This document shows positions 39,070 through 50,700 of a stretch of DNA of 64,000 bases, one piece after another. The stretch is from positions 6,596 through 70,595 of the forward strand of contig DPKJ01000014.1 of assembly GCA_003542575.1 (NCBI GenBank), in the 5' to 3' direction. A program made the position numbers and the translations under genes. This DNA is from Rikenellaceae bacterium (GTDB taxonomy: Bacteria; Bacteroidota; Bacteroidia; Bacteroidales; UBA932). Under the pieces are notes generated by a model. The model saw only the letters and a program-made list of their open reading frames with translations. It was not told the origin of the DNA and made no database searches. Positions within the stretch are counted from its first letter, which is position 1, and each line of letters begins with the position of its first letter.

Positions 39070-40344
39070 ATGTCATATCTTTTTACCTCTGAATCAGTAT
39101 CGGAAGGTCACCCCGACAAAGTCGCCGATCAGATATCAGATGCTATCCTTGATGAATTCATCAGACAGGATCCTGAATCAAAAGTTGCATGTGAAACCTT
39201 TGTGAGCACCGGACTTGCTGTAATAGGCGGAGAGGTCAACTCGACTGCATATGTCGATATCCAAAGTGTTGCCAGAAGAGTAATAAACAGCATAGGATAT
39301 ACCAAGGCAGAATATATGTTTGACGGCAACTCTTGTGGAATTCTCTCTGCAATTCATGAGCAGTCTCCCGATATTAACCGCGGAGTTGTAACCGAAAAGA
39401 GAGAGGAGCAGGGGGCCGGAGATCAGGGAATGATGTTCGGATACGCCTGCAGAGATACTGAGGAGTTAATGCCTCTACCTCTTACCCTTTCACACATTGC
39501 ACTCATAGAGCTTGCAAAGATCAGAAAGGAGACAAACCTGATGCCCTATCTGAGGCCGGACGCAAAATCACAGTTTACAATACAATACAGTGATGACAAC
39601 ACACCTGAAAAGGTTCACACAATAGTCATTTCAACACAGCACGACGAATTTGACACCGACGAAGCTATGCAGTTGCGGATTAAAAGCGATGTCAAAAACA
39701 TACTTATACCAAAAATAATCAATCGTTTACCCCTTAATACGCAAAAGCTTTTCGAAGGCGAATACATCCTTCATGTGAATCCAACCGGGAAGTTTGTTAT
39801 TGGTGGGCCTCATGGCGATACCGGACTTACCGGAAGAAAGATTATTGTTGATACATACGGAGGAAAGGGTGCTCATGGCGGAGGAGCTTTTTCGGGTAAA
39901 GACCCAAGCAAGGTTGACCGCTCTGCTGCCTATGCTGCAAGACACATTGCAAAGAACCTGGTAGCTGCAGGAGTTGCAGACGAGGTTCTGGTTCAGCTTG
40001 CCTATGCGATAGGTGTGGCAAAACCGGTAAGTATTTTTGTAAACACATACGGTACCGCCTTTAGAAGCAACATCAACAAGTTTAAAAATGATGGTGAAAT
40101 TGCAGAGATTGTAAATAAAATCTTTGACCTGAGACCTGCAAGCATCATTGAGAAGTTTGGACTCAAGAAGCCGATTTATGAAGTTACTGCAGCATACGGT
40201 CATATGGGAAGAGATCCGTTTGAGGCCGAAGTTGAGCTGGGTAACGGTAATGGAAACGGCCCTAAGGTTAAGGAGATGGTTCAGTTTTTCTCATGGGAGA
40301 AACTTGATTCAGTTGAGCTTGTTAAAAAGGCATTTAATCTTTAA
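39070..40344 (+). CDS. metK: S-adenosylmethionine synthetase
   Basis: [56 protein letters not shown]. Confidence 0.98.
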   Translation: MSYLFTSESVSEGHPDKVADQISDAILDEFIRQDPESKVACETFVSTGLAVIGGEVNSTAYVDIQSVARRVINSIGYTKAEYMFDGNSCGILSAIHEQSPDINRGVVTEKREEQGAGDQGMMFGYACRDTEELMPLPLTLSHIALIELAKIRKETNLMPYLRPDAKSQFTIQYSDDNTPEKVHTIVISTQHDEFDTDEAMQLRIKSDVKNILIPKIINRLPLNTQKLFEGEYILHVNPTGKFVIGGPHGDTGLTGRKIIVDTYGGKGAHGGGAFSGKDPSKVDRSAAYAARHIAKNLVAAGVADEVLVQLAYAIGVAKPVSIFVNTYGTAFRSNINKFKNDGEIAEIVNKIFDLRPASIIEKFGLKKPIYEVTAAYGHMGRDPFEAEVELGNGNGNGPKVKEMVQFFSWEKLDSVELVKKAFNL

Positions 40345-40790
40345 GACTCTCTTTTCCAGATGATTTTTTTGCCGAACCCCAATCGGTTATCGGTAAATTT
40401 AAGTTCAGTAATTCTGAGAATCCACAAATCACCGCCCTTTAGAATAGCATATGGGAATCGCCTGAGGTAACTCAGGCGATATCTGTTTACATACGATTCT
40501 GTGCACAACTCCATACGGGCATTAAACTGAACTCCCCTTATAAGGCCTATCTGTTCAGTCTCCAATCCTATTGCTCCGGTTATGATATCAGACTTGCTTT
40601 TTCTGAAGATGCCAATGTGCCTCGTCTTCTCCTCAGAAGTAATTACAAATGCACTCTCCTCTTCAAGAAAAACATAAAATGCATGCCAGCTCCAGATTTC
40701 AGACCCGTCTGTTGCAGCAAGAGCTGCCAAATGGTGCTCCTTTATAAACTCAACTATTCTGTTATCTATTTCCGGAAGTTGTTCACTCAT
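40341..40790 (-). CDS. YhbP/UPF0306 family PNPOx-like (FMN-binding split barrel) protein; start moved to ATG 40790
   Basis: [40 protein letters not shown]. Confidence 0.8.
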   Translation of the reverse strand: MSEQLPEIDNRIVEFIKEHHLAALAATDGSEIWSWHAFYVFLEEESAFVITSEEKTRHIGIFRKSKSDIITGAIGLETEQIGLIRGVQFNARMELCTESYVNRYRLSYLRRFPYAILKGGDLWILRITELKFTDNRLGFGKKIIWKRES

Positions 40791-40813
40791 TGCTTTTGTC
40801 TCCAAACATTCTG

Positions 40814-42085
40814 TTATCTCCAAAGGTAGATTTTATCGCTTCTTCTCAGTTTCACCCCTTCAGGTACAGGAAGAGAACAAAACTCTCCCTTTACACTTTT
40901 TTCAACAGGCTCAAGTGCAACACGAATCTCACTAACAGTATGCTCAACTACTCCTGTAGTAGGGCCAATAATTAGAAGATCATCTCCAATACAAATCTCT
41001 CCTGTCTCTACAAGCACCTCAGCAACTGACAGATTGCCAAAGAAGTTGGTCACTTTCCCAATGTAACTCTTTTTCTTTGTCGCCTTGTTTCCGTAAACAT
41101 CGCTCCACTCTCCCAGTCGCGCTCCCTGATAATATCCATCCCAGAATCCTCTGTTGAATACCGATGAAAGTCTGTTTTCAAGCTCTCCGGCCAGCTCTTC
41201 TGTGAACTCACCCTTGCATACAGCATTTGCTGCCTCTCTGTATGCGGCTGTTACGGTCTTTGCATACTCAGGCGCCCTTGCCCTACCCTCAATTTTAAAC
41301 ACTCTTATGCCGGCATCAACAATCAAATCTGTAAACTTAATGGTAGAGAGATCTTTTGGCGACATAATATATTTATTGTCAACTTCGAGTGACATTCCTG
41401 TCTCCAGATCTGTCACCTCATATCCTCTTCTGCAGAGCTGATAACATGATCCCCTGTTTGCAGAGGCGTTGTACTCATGAAGACTCAGGTAACACTTGCC
41501 CGAAACTGCCATACATAGTGCACCATGACAAAATAGTTCGAGCTTTACAAGCTGTCCCGACGGGCCTTTAATATTCTCTTTTACAATTGCTTCGTGAATT
41601 GATTTTACCTGATTAAGAGTTAACTCTCTTGCAAGAACAATTACATCGGCAAACTGTGCGTGATATTTTACGCTTTCAATATTTGATACATTAAGCTGGG
41701 TTGAAATATGAACCTCCATTCCTGCTTTTCGTGCATAAAGAATGGCGGCCATATCTGAGGCAATGATTGCAGAGACTCCTGCCTTAACGGCACGGTCAAC
41801 TGCGCTTCTCATCGGCTCAATATCCTCATCGTACAGAACAATATTGAGTGTAAGATATGACTTCACCCCTGCTTCACGGCAAATTCGAACAATCTCCTCA
41901 AGCGAATCTTCCGAAAAATTATTCGCAGAGTGAGATCGCATGTTAAGATTACCTATTCCAAAATAGACAGAATTCGCACCCCCCTGAATGGCCGCCATGA
42001 GAGATTCAAAATTCCCGGCCGGGGCCATTATCTCTATATCTTCGGGCAGTATTGCCTCAGCTTTTGTTGTGTGTCTGTTTTTCAT
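40814..42085 (-). CDS. U32 family Fe-S protein (TrhP/RlhA-like RNA hydroxylase, annotated as peptidase U32)
   Basis: EIMAPAG, HISTQ, VLAREL, HGALCMAVSGKC, RGSCYQLCR, SPKDL, KIEGR. Confidence 0.88.
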   Translation of the reverse strand: MKNRHTTKAEAILPEDIEIMAPAGNFESLMAAIQGGANSVYFGIGNLNMRSHSANNFSEDSLEEIVRICREAGVKSYLTLNIVLYDEDIEPMRSAVDRAVKAGVSAIIASDMAAILYARKAGMEVHISTQLNVSNIESVKYHAQFADVIVLARELTLNQVKSIHEAIVKENIKGPSGQLVKLELFCHGALCMAVSGKCYLSLHEYNASANRGSCYQLCRRGYEVTDLETGMSLEVDNKYIMSPKDLSTIKFTDLIVDAGIRVFKIEGRARAPEYAKTVTAAYREAANAVCKGEFTEELAGELENRLSSVFNRGFWDGYYQGARLGEWSDVYGNKATKKKSYIGKVTNFFGNLSVAEVLVETGEICIGDDLLIIGPTTGVVEHTVSEIRVALEPVEKSVKGEFCSLPVPEGVKLRRSDKIYLWR

Positions 42086-42109
42086 TAATGGTTACTTAAG
42101 CTACAATTA

Positions 42110-43147
42110 CTACAATTGTCCGCTGAAAAAGTTGAGAATTTTCTGCTCTGCCATGTCGGTTGTTATTTGGTCAAGACAGGCATAATCGCCCCTGAAACAC
42201 TCTTTTTTCCCGAATATTGAGCAAGGGCGGCATTCTATATCACTTTGAACTGCCATAGAAGAGCTCTGACCCAGACCATAAAAACCCGCATAAATATGTG
42301 TTGCACCCCAGATTGAAATTACCGGAACTTTAAGGCATGATGCAAAGTGCATATTTGCTGAGTCCATACATACCATCAGATCTGTCTCCCCTATCGCATT
42401 AAGCTCCTCCCTAAAGCTGCAGGTGCCTGCAAGTGACTTAACTCCTGAGTATTTTTGCTCCCACCCTTTTAAAATGGCTATCTCCTTTTTACCTCCTCCA
42501 AAAAGCAAAATCCTGAATCTCTTATCCTGGCTCAGCCTTGATACCAGCTCCTCCATTCTTTCAATAGACCATATTTTTCCTTTGTGTGTTGCAAATGGCG
42601 CAACCCCTATCACGTAACTCTCCTTGTCGTAACCTCTCTTGGGTCTGATTAGCTCCGGATTTTCGCTCTGTAGCCCAAACTTTAGATCCTTAAGACCTAG
42701 CTTAACTAGTGCCAGTTCGTATCGTCTGACTGTTGGAATCAATTGTCTGAGAACTTTCCCCTCTTTTCTTGTCAACTCCCTCTTCTCTTTCCGTCCCTTT
42801 CTCATATAGGCTAACGGGATAAGTTTAGCGGTAAAAAAAGCTCTGAGAATAAAGGTTCTCAGAACAGAGTTTATGTCTGCCACCTTGGTAGGCTTTAGCC
42901 CCATAAGCTCTTTAAAAAGTTTGTACAGCCCCTTTAAACCATTATGCCGGCCCTTGAGATCTGTTGAAAAGTAAGAGAGATTGCCCTCTCCCTCGAACAA
43001 TGGCTCAAGCATTGGTGATGAGACCATTGTGAATTTTACATTAGGGTTGGCTCGGGCATATACCTTTAGCAAAGTCGAAGCCATAGCAGCATCTCCCAAT
43101 GCCGAAAAACGTAATACCAGTATATGTTCAGGAGTTTTTCCCGGCAT
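42110..43147 (-). CDS. Glycosyltransferase family 9 (heptosyltransferase-like)
   Basis: RFSALGD, APFA.H.GK.W, MDSANMHFA, SIWGATH, CRPCS..G.KEC. Confidence 0.9.
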   Translation of the reverse strand: MPGKTPEHILVLRFSALGDAAMASTLLKVYARANPNVKFTMVSSPMLEPLFEGEGNLSYFSTDLKGRHNGLKGLYKLFKELMGLKPTKVADINSVLRTFILRAFFTAKLIPLAYMRKGRKEKRELTRKEGKVLRQLIPTVRRYELALVKLGLKDLKFGLQSENPELIRPKRGYDKESYVIGVAPFATHKGKIWSIERMEELVSRLSQDKRFRILLFGGGKKEIAILKGWEQKYSGVKSLAGTCSFREELNAIGETDLMVCMDSANMHFASCLKVPVISIWGATHIYAGFYGLGQSSSMAVQSDIECRPCSIFGKKECFRGDYACLDQITTDMAEQKILNFFSGQL

Positions 43148-43739
43148 AAAGAACAGGATTAAGTGAAGGGTCGTTATACATCTTCATTTGCTTATAAAAC
43201 TTCATATACTTTCTTCCCTCTTCGATATCTTTAAGCAGTGTATCAATTGCTCCGGTGAGATCTTCTCTCTGCGTAAGCAATACAGCAAGTTTTTTACTGC
43301 AGTTCTCTCTGTGTTCCGGGGTTGCCTCAGCCCTCTCTGCCTCGGCTCTCATATGGTAGATTTTAAGGGCCAGTATCGATAGGCGGTCTATTGCCCAGGC
43401 AGGGGTTTCGGTGTTGATTGTTGCATCTGCTGCAACCTTAACTCCTGAGTATTTGTCCATAAAATAACTATCAATCAATTCGACGAGGTCTGTTCTCTCC
43501 TGATTGGATGAGTCTATCCGTCTTTTAATCGACAACGCCTTTACGGGATCAATTCCGGGCTCCCTGATAATATCTTCAAGGTGCCACTGAACCGCATCTA
43601 TCCAGTTTTTTGAGTAAAGGTGCCCCTGAAGTGTGTTTTTTGGATAGGGGTTATTCTCGGGTGCATCAACATTGTCTGCAATATGGTAATCGCTAACGCT
43701 TTTGTCAAAAATAATATTGAATTCCTGGCTGAAAGTCAT
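43128..43739 (-). CDS. DUF4254 domain protein
   Basis: KNWIDAVQWHLEDIIR, KRRIDSSNQERTD, TETPAWAIDRLSI, YKQMKMYND; next to GT9. Confidence 0.85.
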   Translation of the reverse strand: MTFSQEFNIIFDKSVSDYHIADNVDAPENNPYPKNTLQGHLYSKNWIDAVQWHLEDIIREPGIDPVKALSIKRRIDSSNQERTDLVELIDSYFMDKYSGVKVAADATINTETPAWAIDRLSILALKIYHMRAEAERAEATPEHRENCSKKLAVLLTQREDLTGAIDTLLKDIEEGRKYMKFYKQMKMYNDPSLNPVLYAGKNS

Positions 43740-43830
43740 AATGTTATATTGATTGTTCTAATTTTATTGTTGGTTTTTTAATTTTCTTTTTTTTGGTGGG
43801 TTCTCCCTTTTGGCGGGATGTTAAAGGCTG

Positions 43831-44808
43831 CTATTTCTCCCTGTCTGTTAAACTTCTGGCAAATTCAACCAATTGATCTGTTTGCTCTTTACTTAGATTG
43901 GCCTCTTTAAGAGAATCTATCGCTTTATTGTGGTAGAACTCCATAGCCTCCTCTGCCGCCTCTCTTATACCCAGAGATTTGTATATCTCCAGTACCTTTT
44001 GAATTTGTGCTTCACCCTCTGCTGCAGGCGTTTTAAGGTTGTTGTACAACTCCTGTCTTGTTTTTGCATCTGCCCTTTTAAAAGATTCTACCAGTAACCA
44101 GGTTTTTTTTCCACAAAGTATATCCCCTCCAATTTTTTTGCCAAAAACATTGCTGTCGCCAAAGCTGTCAAAGTAGTCATCCTTGATTTGAAAAGCAAGT
44201 CCCAGATTATATCCGTAATTGTAGATGCAATCTGCACTTTTTTGTGTCGCACCCCCGATTATTGCCCCAATTTTTGCAGATGCAGCAATCAAAACCGCAG
44301 TTTTCAGCCCAATCATCTGTATATAATCATCCATGGTTATAAATGGCATCGACTCAAAGTTCATGTCATATTGCTGGCCTTCGCACACCTTTGCTGCCGT
44401 TTGGCTGAACAGATCCAGAACGTTTTTAAGAACAGGAGCCGGAGCATGAGAGATATATTGATATGATTTTATGCACATTACATCTCCTGAAAGAATGGCC
44501 ACATTGGTATTCCATTTTTTGTGGATTGTTGCCCTGTTTCTTCTGAGGTCGGCATTATCCATAATGTCGTCATGAATAAGAGTGAACCCATGAAAAATTT
44601 CCAGGCCAATTGCCGGATAGATTATTGAGTAATCAATTTTGTCTGAGAAGAGGTTATAGGTGAGAACGGCCAATTTGGGTCTAACCCTTTTACCTCCTAT
44701 TGCTATGAGGTATTCGATGGGATCGTAGAGTTCACCCGGGTCTCCTTTAAGATCGAGGGAATACATTCCCTTTTCCACCATAGAATCAATCTCACTTATG
44801 GTAAACAT
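43831..44808 (-). CDS. Polyprenyl diphosphate synthase (IspA/GGPPS-like); start moved to ATG 44808
   Basis: GGKRVRP, LIHDDIMD..LRR, GQQYD, KTA, FQIKDD; -7 element TAGCTTTG at 44837-44830 argues against the track start. Confidence 0.9.
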   Translation of the reverse strand: MFTISEIDSMVEKGMYSLDLKGDPGELYDPIEYLIAIGGKRVRPKLAVLTYNLFSDKIDYSIIYPAIGLEIFHGFTLIHDDIMDNADLRRNRATIHKKWNTNVAILSGDVMCIKSYQYISHAPAPVLKNVLDLFSQTAAKVCEGQQYDMNFESMPFITMDDYIQMIGLKTAVLIAASAKIGAIIGGATQKSADCIYNYGYNLGLAFQIKDDYFDSFGDSNVFGKKIGGDILCGKKTWLLVESFKRADAKTRQELYNNLKTPAAEGEAQIQKVLEIYKSLGIREAAEEAMEFYHNKAIDSLKEANLSKEQTDQLVEFARSLTDREK

Positions 44809-44870
44809 ATATAAAAGAATTAATTTTGACAAAGCTAATCCATTTTCTACAATTTTGTATCTTCGCGGCC

Positions 44871-45812
44871 GTGGAAATTAGAAAGACAGAAGAGGGGACT
44901 GTTGTCAAACATACGGGCAGTCAATATCTTGTGAGTAAACTACCTCACTGGAACGTTGTGACCTGCGTTCTTAAGGGTAAATTACGCCTTAAGGATTCGC
45001 ATACAACAAACCCTGTGGCAGTAGGCGATAGAGTAGTTTACGAAACAGAAGACGGTGTAACCGGAGTCATTAAGGAGGTATATCCTCGTCGCAATTACAT
45101 AATTAGAAAATCAACCAATCTTTCGAGGCAAGCTCATATTATTGCATCAAATCTAGATCAGGTTTTTCTCATTGTAACACTTGACTTTCCCAAAACAAAG
45201 CTTGAATTTATTGACAGGTTTCTGGTAACTTGTGAAGCATATAAGGTTCCTGTGAAGATTCTGCTTAACAAAGCAGATCTCTATACAGATGAATTTGAAG
45301 CTGAGACTGAGAGATTTTACGAAATATACGGTAAAAGTGTCGGATATGAGATTATCCAAACATCAGGGCTGACCGGGCTGAATCTGAACGAAGTAAGAGA
45401 AAGATGCAAAGATAAGCTGACCCTCTTTTCCGGAGTCTCAGGAGTTGGAAAATCATCTCTGATTAATGCCCTCGATCCTGACCTTGCCCTTAAGACCGGG
45501 GATATTTCAGATTATCACAAAATGGGTAAACACACTACAACATTTTATGAAATACACCCACTCGAGAGCGGAGGTTTTATTATAGATACGCCCGGAATAA
45601 AAGGATTCGGACTTCTTGAAATGAAGCCGGAGGAGTTAAGTCACTACTTTCCCGAGATGCTAAGAATTCTTGAAAAGTGCCGTTTTACCCCATGTACACA
45701 CACCCACGAACCCGGATGTGCGGTCAAAGCCGCTGTTGAAACCGGAGAGATTCTGGAGGAGCGATACTACTCCTATCTGAGCATGCTTGAAGATGAGGAG
45801 AAGTACAGATGA
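44871..45812 (+). CDS. rsgA: Ribosome small subunit-dependent GTPase A; start moved to GTG 44871
   Basis: VAVGD, NKAD, GVSGVGKSS, GKHTTT, DTPG, CRF..CTH.HEPGC zinc finger. Confidence 0.95.
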   Translation: MEIRKTEEGTVVKHTGSQYLVSKLPHWNVVTCVLKGKLRLKDSHTTNPVAVGDRVVYETEDGVTGVIKEVYPRRNYIIRKSTNLSRQAHIIASNLDQVFLIVTLDFPKTKLEFIDRFLVTCEAYKVPVKILLNKADLYTDEFEAETERFYEIYGKSVGYEIIQTSGLTGLNLNEVRERCKDKLTLFSGVSGVGKSSLINALDPDLALKTGDISDYHKMGKHTTTFYEIHPLESGGFIIDTPGIKGFGLLEMKPEELSHYFPEMLRILEKCRFTPCTHTHEPGCAVKAAVETGEILEERYYSYLSMLEDEEKYR

Positions 45813-47110
45813 ACAGAAGGGTTTTAAAGCTGGCTGCGCCAAGTATTCTTGCTAATATAACAGTTCCGCTTGTAGGTATGGTAGACCTTGCCATTGCAGG
45901 GAGGTTAGGTGATGCTGCCAGCATTGGCGGAATAGCAATTGCAACAATGCTCTTTGATCTACTTTACTGGAATATGGGCTTCCTTAGGGTTGGGACAGGA
46001 GGCTTTGCCGCACAGGCATACGGAAGAAGAGATTTCAAAGATGCATTTCGGATACTTGTTCAGGCCGTAGGAACGGCTCTTCTATCTGCTATGGTCATTT
46101 GGGTAATTCAGTTTGCATTTCTTGAATCGGCATTCCTGATTATCGATTGCACAACAGAAGTCGAATCACTTGCCAGAAAATATTTCTACATAAGAATATG
46201 GGCTGCTCCTGCCACTTTGTCGCTCTTTGCCTTCAAGGGTTGGTTTATTGGAATGCAAAATACTATAAGCCCAATGGTTGTGGATGTCTCTGTAAATCTA
46301 TTGAATCTTGTATTAAGCGTTGTATTTGCAATAGGACTTGGAATGGGGATTCCGGGGATAGCGTTGGGTACACTTCTGGCACAATACACTGGTCTGGCAA
46401 TAGCAATTGCCCTTTTGGTGATTTATTACCGAAAACTCTTTGGGTACATTCATATTAAGGAGAGCCTTAAACTGAAACAGATGAAAGATTTCTTTGTACT
46501 AAACGGAAATCTATTTTTAAGATCACTCTCATTGCTGCTTGTTTACTCAGGGTTTACCAGCATAGCTGCACGTTATGGAGACAATTTGCTTGCAGTAAGC
46601 ACAATTATGATGAAACTCATGTTGCTTTACTCATATTTTATTGACGGATTTGCTTATGCAGGGGAAGCTTTGACGGGAAGATTCATAGGTGCAAGAGATC
46701 TTGGTTCCCTTAAAAAGGCAATATCCGTTCTTTTTCGCTGGACACTCATTGTCGCGGCAATCTCTACAGTAGCTTACGCTCTTGCAGATGAGTTCCTGTT
46801 CAGATTGATGACCAATAATCATGAAGTTTTAGCCTCAGCAGCAGAGTATCTCCCATGGCTTTTGATTGTCCCTCTGCTCAGTTGCACGGCATTCATACTT
46901 GACGGAATATTTATAGGCGCCACTGCATCAAAGGCAATAAGAGACACAATGCTACTCTCGGCAGCATCGTTTTTCATCACCTTTTATACAATGGAAAACC
47001 TGATGGGACTTCAAGCTCTCTACCTGGCATACATGGTGCACCTGGTCGTAAGAACAGTAATGATGTCTCTTTTGATGAAAAGGAAAGTATTGTCTAAAGC
47101 TGTTGCCTAA
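45809..47110 (+). CDS. MATE family efflux transporter (DinF-like)
   Basis: ANITVPLVGMVD, FLRVGTGG..AQA.G, GWFIGMQN, DGFAYAGE, DGIFIG. Confidence 0.9.
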   Translation: MNRRVLKLAAPSILANITVPLVGMVDLAIAGRLGDAASIGGIAIATMLFDLLYWNMGFLRVGTGGFAAQAYGRRDFKDAFRILVQAVGTALLSAMVIWVIQFAFLESAFLIIDCTTEVESLARKYFYIRIWAAPATLSLFAFKGWFIGMQNTISPMVVDVSVNLLNLVLSVVFAIGLGMGIPGIALGTLLAQYTGLAIAIALLVIYYRKLFGYIHIKESLKLKQMKDFFVLNGNLFLRSLSLLLVYSGFTSIAARYGDNLLAVSTIMMKLMLLYSYFIDGFAYAGEALTGRFIGARDLGSLKKAISVLFRWTLIVAAISTVAYALADEFLFRLMTNNHEVLASAAEYLPWLLIVPLLSCTAFILDGIFIGATASKAIRDTMLLSAASFFITFYTMENLMGLQALYLAYMVHLVVRTVMMSLLMKRKVLSKAVA

Positions 47111-47682
47111 AACCTGGCTGATACAATATCCCAGTCAATAATATTCCAGAGGGCCGCTATATAATCGGCTCTTTTGTTCTGATAATCCAGATAATAGGCG
47201 TGTTCCCAGACATCAAAGGTTAGTATGGCAGTATGTCCGTTTTTAACCGGAGTCCCTGCGTTACTCTCCTTGGATATAGATAGTTTACCATCTTTGTCCT
47301 TAACCAGCCATGCCCATCCCGACCCGAAAACAGTAAGAGCAGCATTGGAAAACTCCTTTTTGAAATTCTCAAAAGAGCCCCACTCACTATCGATAGCCGA
47401 GGCAAGAGGCCCCTTGGGAGCTCCTCCTCCGTTATGTTTAAACGAATGGAAGTAGAAGGTGTGGTTCCAAACCTGTGCTGCATTATTAAAAATTGCACCA
47501 TCTGATTTCATAACAATCTCTTCGAGGTTCATCTTTGCGAACTCTGTTCCGTTAATAAGGTTGTTAAGATTTGTTACATAGGCCTGATGGTGTTTCCCGT
47601 AGTGAAATTCCATTGTTAGAGGACTAATAACAGGATTAAGCTCATCTGCTTTGTAAGGCAGTTTTGGTAATTCAAAAAACAT
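47107..47682 (-). CDS. sodB: Superoxide dismutase, Fe/Mn family (Fe-type AAQ signature)
   Basis: HYGKHH, FNNAAQVWNH, FGSGWAW, DVWEHAYY. Confidence 0.92.
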   Translation of the reverse strand: MFFELPKLPYKADELNPVISPLTMEFHYGKHHQAYVTNLNNLINGTEFAKMNLEEIVMKSDGAIFNNAAQVWNHTFYFHSFKHNGGGAPKGPLASAIDSEWGSFENFKKEFSNAALTVFGSGWAWLVKDKDGKLSISKESNAGTPVKNGHTAILTFDVWEHAYYLDYQNKRADYIAALWNIIDWDIVSARF

Positions 47683-47778
47683 ATCTGTCTGTTTTAGTTT
47701 GATTAAAATATTTAAAGTACATCTCTTATTCTGTCTGCAGGATGATTTTTTATTAACTTTGGCTAAACAATTAAATTA

Positions 47779-50700
47779 ATGCGTACCTCTCTCACTGCCA
47801 TCCTCTTTTTATTACTCTATCTGGGTAGTTTCGGCATCATTGGGTCACAGAGCTATTATGCTCCTGTAGAGCCTTCTCAGATCCAGGAAAAGTCATTCAC
47901 GCTAATTTACACAAAAATTCACAATACCGAAAGGCTGTCCGAATTAAATGCAGGCTTTGCAAGTTATCTTTCAAGAAGCAAAATTCCATCAAGGGTAAGA
48001 ACATTAACCGTTGACAATACAGGTGAGGGGGCCTATTTCAATAAGCTTGAGAGGTTTAAGCAGGTTCTCCATACACCTTTTGTCAAATTTTCAACCAATG
48101 TTTTGGTTGCAACTGACTCAGAGGCACACACTCTTATGATTGATGCCGACACACTAATCCCAAAAAAAATCTCGTTGATTTCGGTTGTATATAACGGTTC
48201 AAAGATTCAAAAGTCTGATAAAATATCAACCATAGCTACCCAGCTTTTTTTCAGGGAAAATTTTAAGTTGGGGATGAGGTTATTCCCTCAAACAAAAAAT
48301 ATTCTGGTTTTAACTGATGAGAGCCCGTATGGAGACATTGAGATGGATGTGGCCAGAGAGCAGCTGGGAAGGAGTATAGATGGCGTTTTAATGCATTATG
48401 TTAAGATTAAAAAAAACAATTTCAGGGAGTTTATCAATGAAATTAAACAATACCCAACGAACACTTTAATTATATTATCTACTTGGCAGTTAGATAATTA
48501 TGGCAACTACAAGCTAAACACATCAACAGAACCCTTTCTAAGTGAGATTGAACAGTATCCAATTCTGGCAACCCAATACCTCTCATTTGGGTCAGGAGCA
48601 ATCGGAGGTTACACATCATCCACCTGGGATATAGGTTATAAGGTTGCACAGATGGCTAACCGACTGGACTCCTCCGGGGTATTTCATGACACATTAAGGG
48701 ATTATAGGCTTGTTTTTGATTACAATGCGATGAACAGGTGGGGATTATCTTCAAAAGATCTTCCCAGGGGTTCTCAGTTTATGAACAAACCTGACTCTTT
48801 GTTGGAACAATACAGGATAGAAATTAATTTCATGCTGGCACTATTTTCAATTTTACTGCTTTCGCTTTTGGTTTTCACGATGTATCACATCAGACACAGG
48901 AAGCTTACTATTGAAAACGAACAACTTGCCGCAGAAAATTTAAAGAGAAAAGAGTTGCTTGACAACACCCTTAAAGTAATGTCCGAGGGTGTCGTTTCAC
49001 TTGACCGCGATTTTAATATAATAGAGATAAACAGAAAAGCTGAGGAGATGTCCGGCACTTCGGGACCTCATATTGGAAAGAAGTTTAACGAGGTTTTTAA
49101 CCTCTCTCAACCCGCAGGTAAACCCTCTTTTGAAAATTTTATGATTCTTGCACTTAAATCTGGAGTCCCTCAATCTCTGCTTCCCGATTTTGTCCTGAAA
49201 GTTAAGAATTCAGAATACAGATTCATTACCGGAGAGATCTTTCCTGTAATTGATACCACTGAAAAAATTAGGCAATTGGTCTTCGTTTTCAGAGACATAA
49301 CTGAATATTATCGTCTGTCACGTTTTTTAAGGACAGCAATGGAATCAGCCATGTTTTATACATGGTATTACAATCCTTCTGAAAATCACTTCGTATTTGA
49401 CGAGAGTTTTAAGTCTGTTGCAGGCAAAAATTTTGAAGAAAAAAGAAAATTGGAAGATTTTCTGGAGATGGTTCACCCCGATGACAGGCATCGGCTAATT
49501 GAGCACCATAAACCCGCCATATCCGTTAATAATAAAGAGGAGATATCATCAACTAATTTCAGGGTGCTCAAAGATGGCAGGTACGAGTGGTGGCAACGAA
49601 GGAGTATTATTCAACTTAACAAAGATGGAGATTCCGTAAACACAAATGTATATGGAATGGATATCAATATAAACGAGTATAAAGAGAGGGAGAGTGAACT
49701 TATAGAGGCAAAAAAACGGGCAGAGGAGTCCGATAAACTTAAAACAGCTTTCCTCTCCAATATGAGCCATGAGATTCGCACACCACTCAATGGAATTGTA
49801 GGTTTTTCTGCCCTCCTCTCGGATAATGAATATACAGAAACAGAAAAAGCAGAGTTTTCTGACATCATCAGCTCAAATGCAAAGATGCTTTTAGCTCTTA
49901 TTAACGACATACTTGACCTCTCCCGAATTGAATCCAATTCTATTAAGTTTGAGGTAAGAGAGTTCTCCCTAAAAAAACAGATAGAAGAGATTATATCAAT
50001 ACATCAGCGTGTTGCCAAAGAGGGGGTTTTAATCACATCTGATCTTGGGGATAATGACGTATTGGTGGTTTTTGACAAACTTCGCAATTATCAGATCCTG
50101 AGCAATCTTGTGGGTAACTCTATTAAGTTTACAGAAAAGGGAGAGATTAGAATCGGAGCAAGGGATAAAGGTGATTTTACCGAAATTTATGTTTCTGATA
50201 CCGGAAAGGGAATGAGTAACAGCCAAAAAGAGAAGATATTCGGCCGCTTTTATAAGGCAGATGAATTTGGTTCCGGGTCAGGTCTGGGTCTTGCAATTTG
50301 CAAAGCATTAATTGAGCATTTTGGTGGTACAATAAGGGCTGAATCATCAGTAGGAATAGGGACAACTATCACCTATTCAATTCCAAATATCTCTTCATCT
50401 GAAAATTTAATACATGAATCTCAACACACAATTGATATGAATATGGATCATAGTAACACTCCGTCCGGCTCGAACCAAAACATTGCCACGCCTAGTATTC
50501 TTATTGCAGAAGATCTTGAGAGCAATTACATCTTGCTGAAAATTATTCTCTCGAAACATTATAGTGTGATTTGGGCCAAAAACGGAATTGAGGCTGTCTC
50601 CCTTTTCAAATCCAACAACCCTAACCTGGTTCTTATGGATATCAAAATGCCATTGATGGATGGTCTTGAGGCTACAAAAATTATCCGGTCAGAATCACCA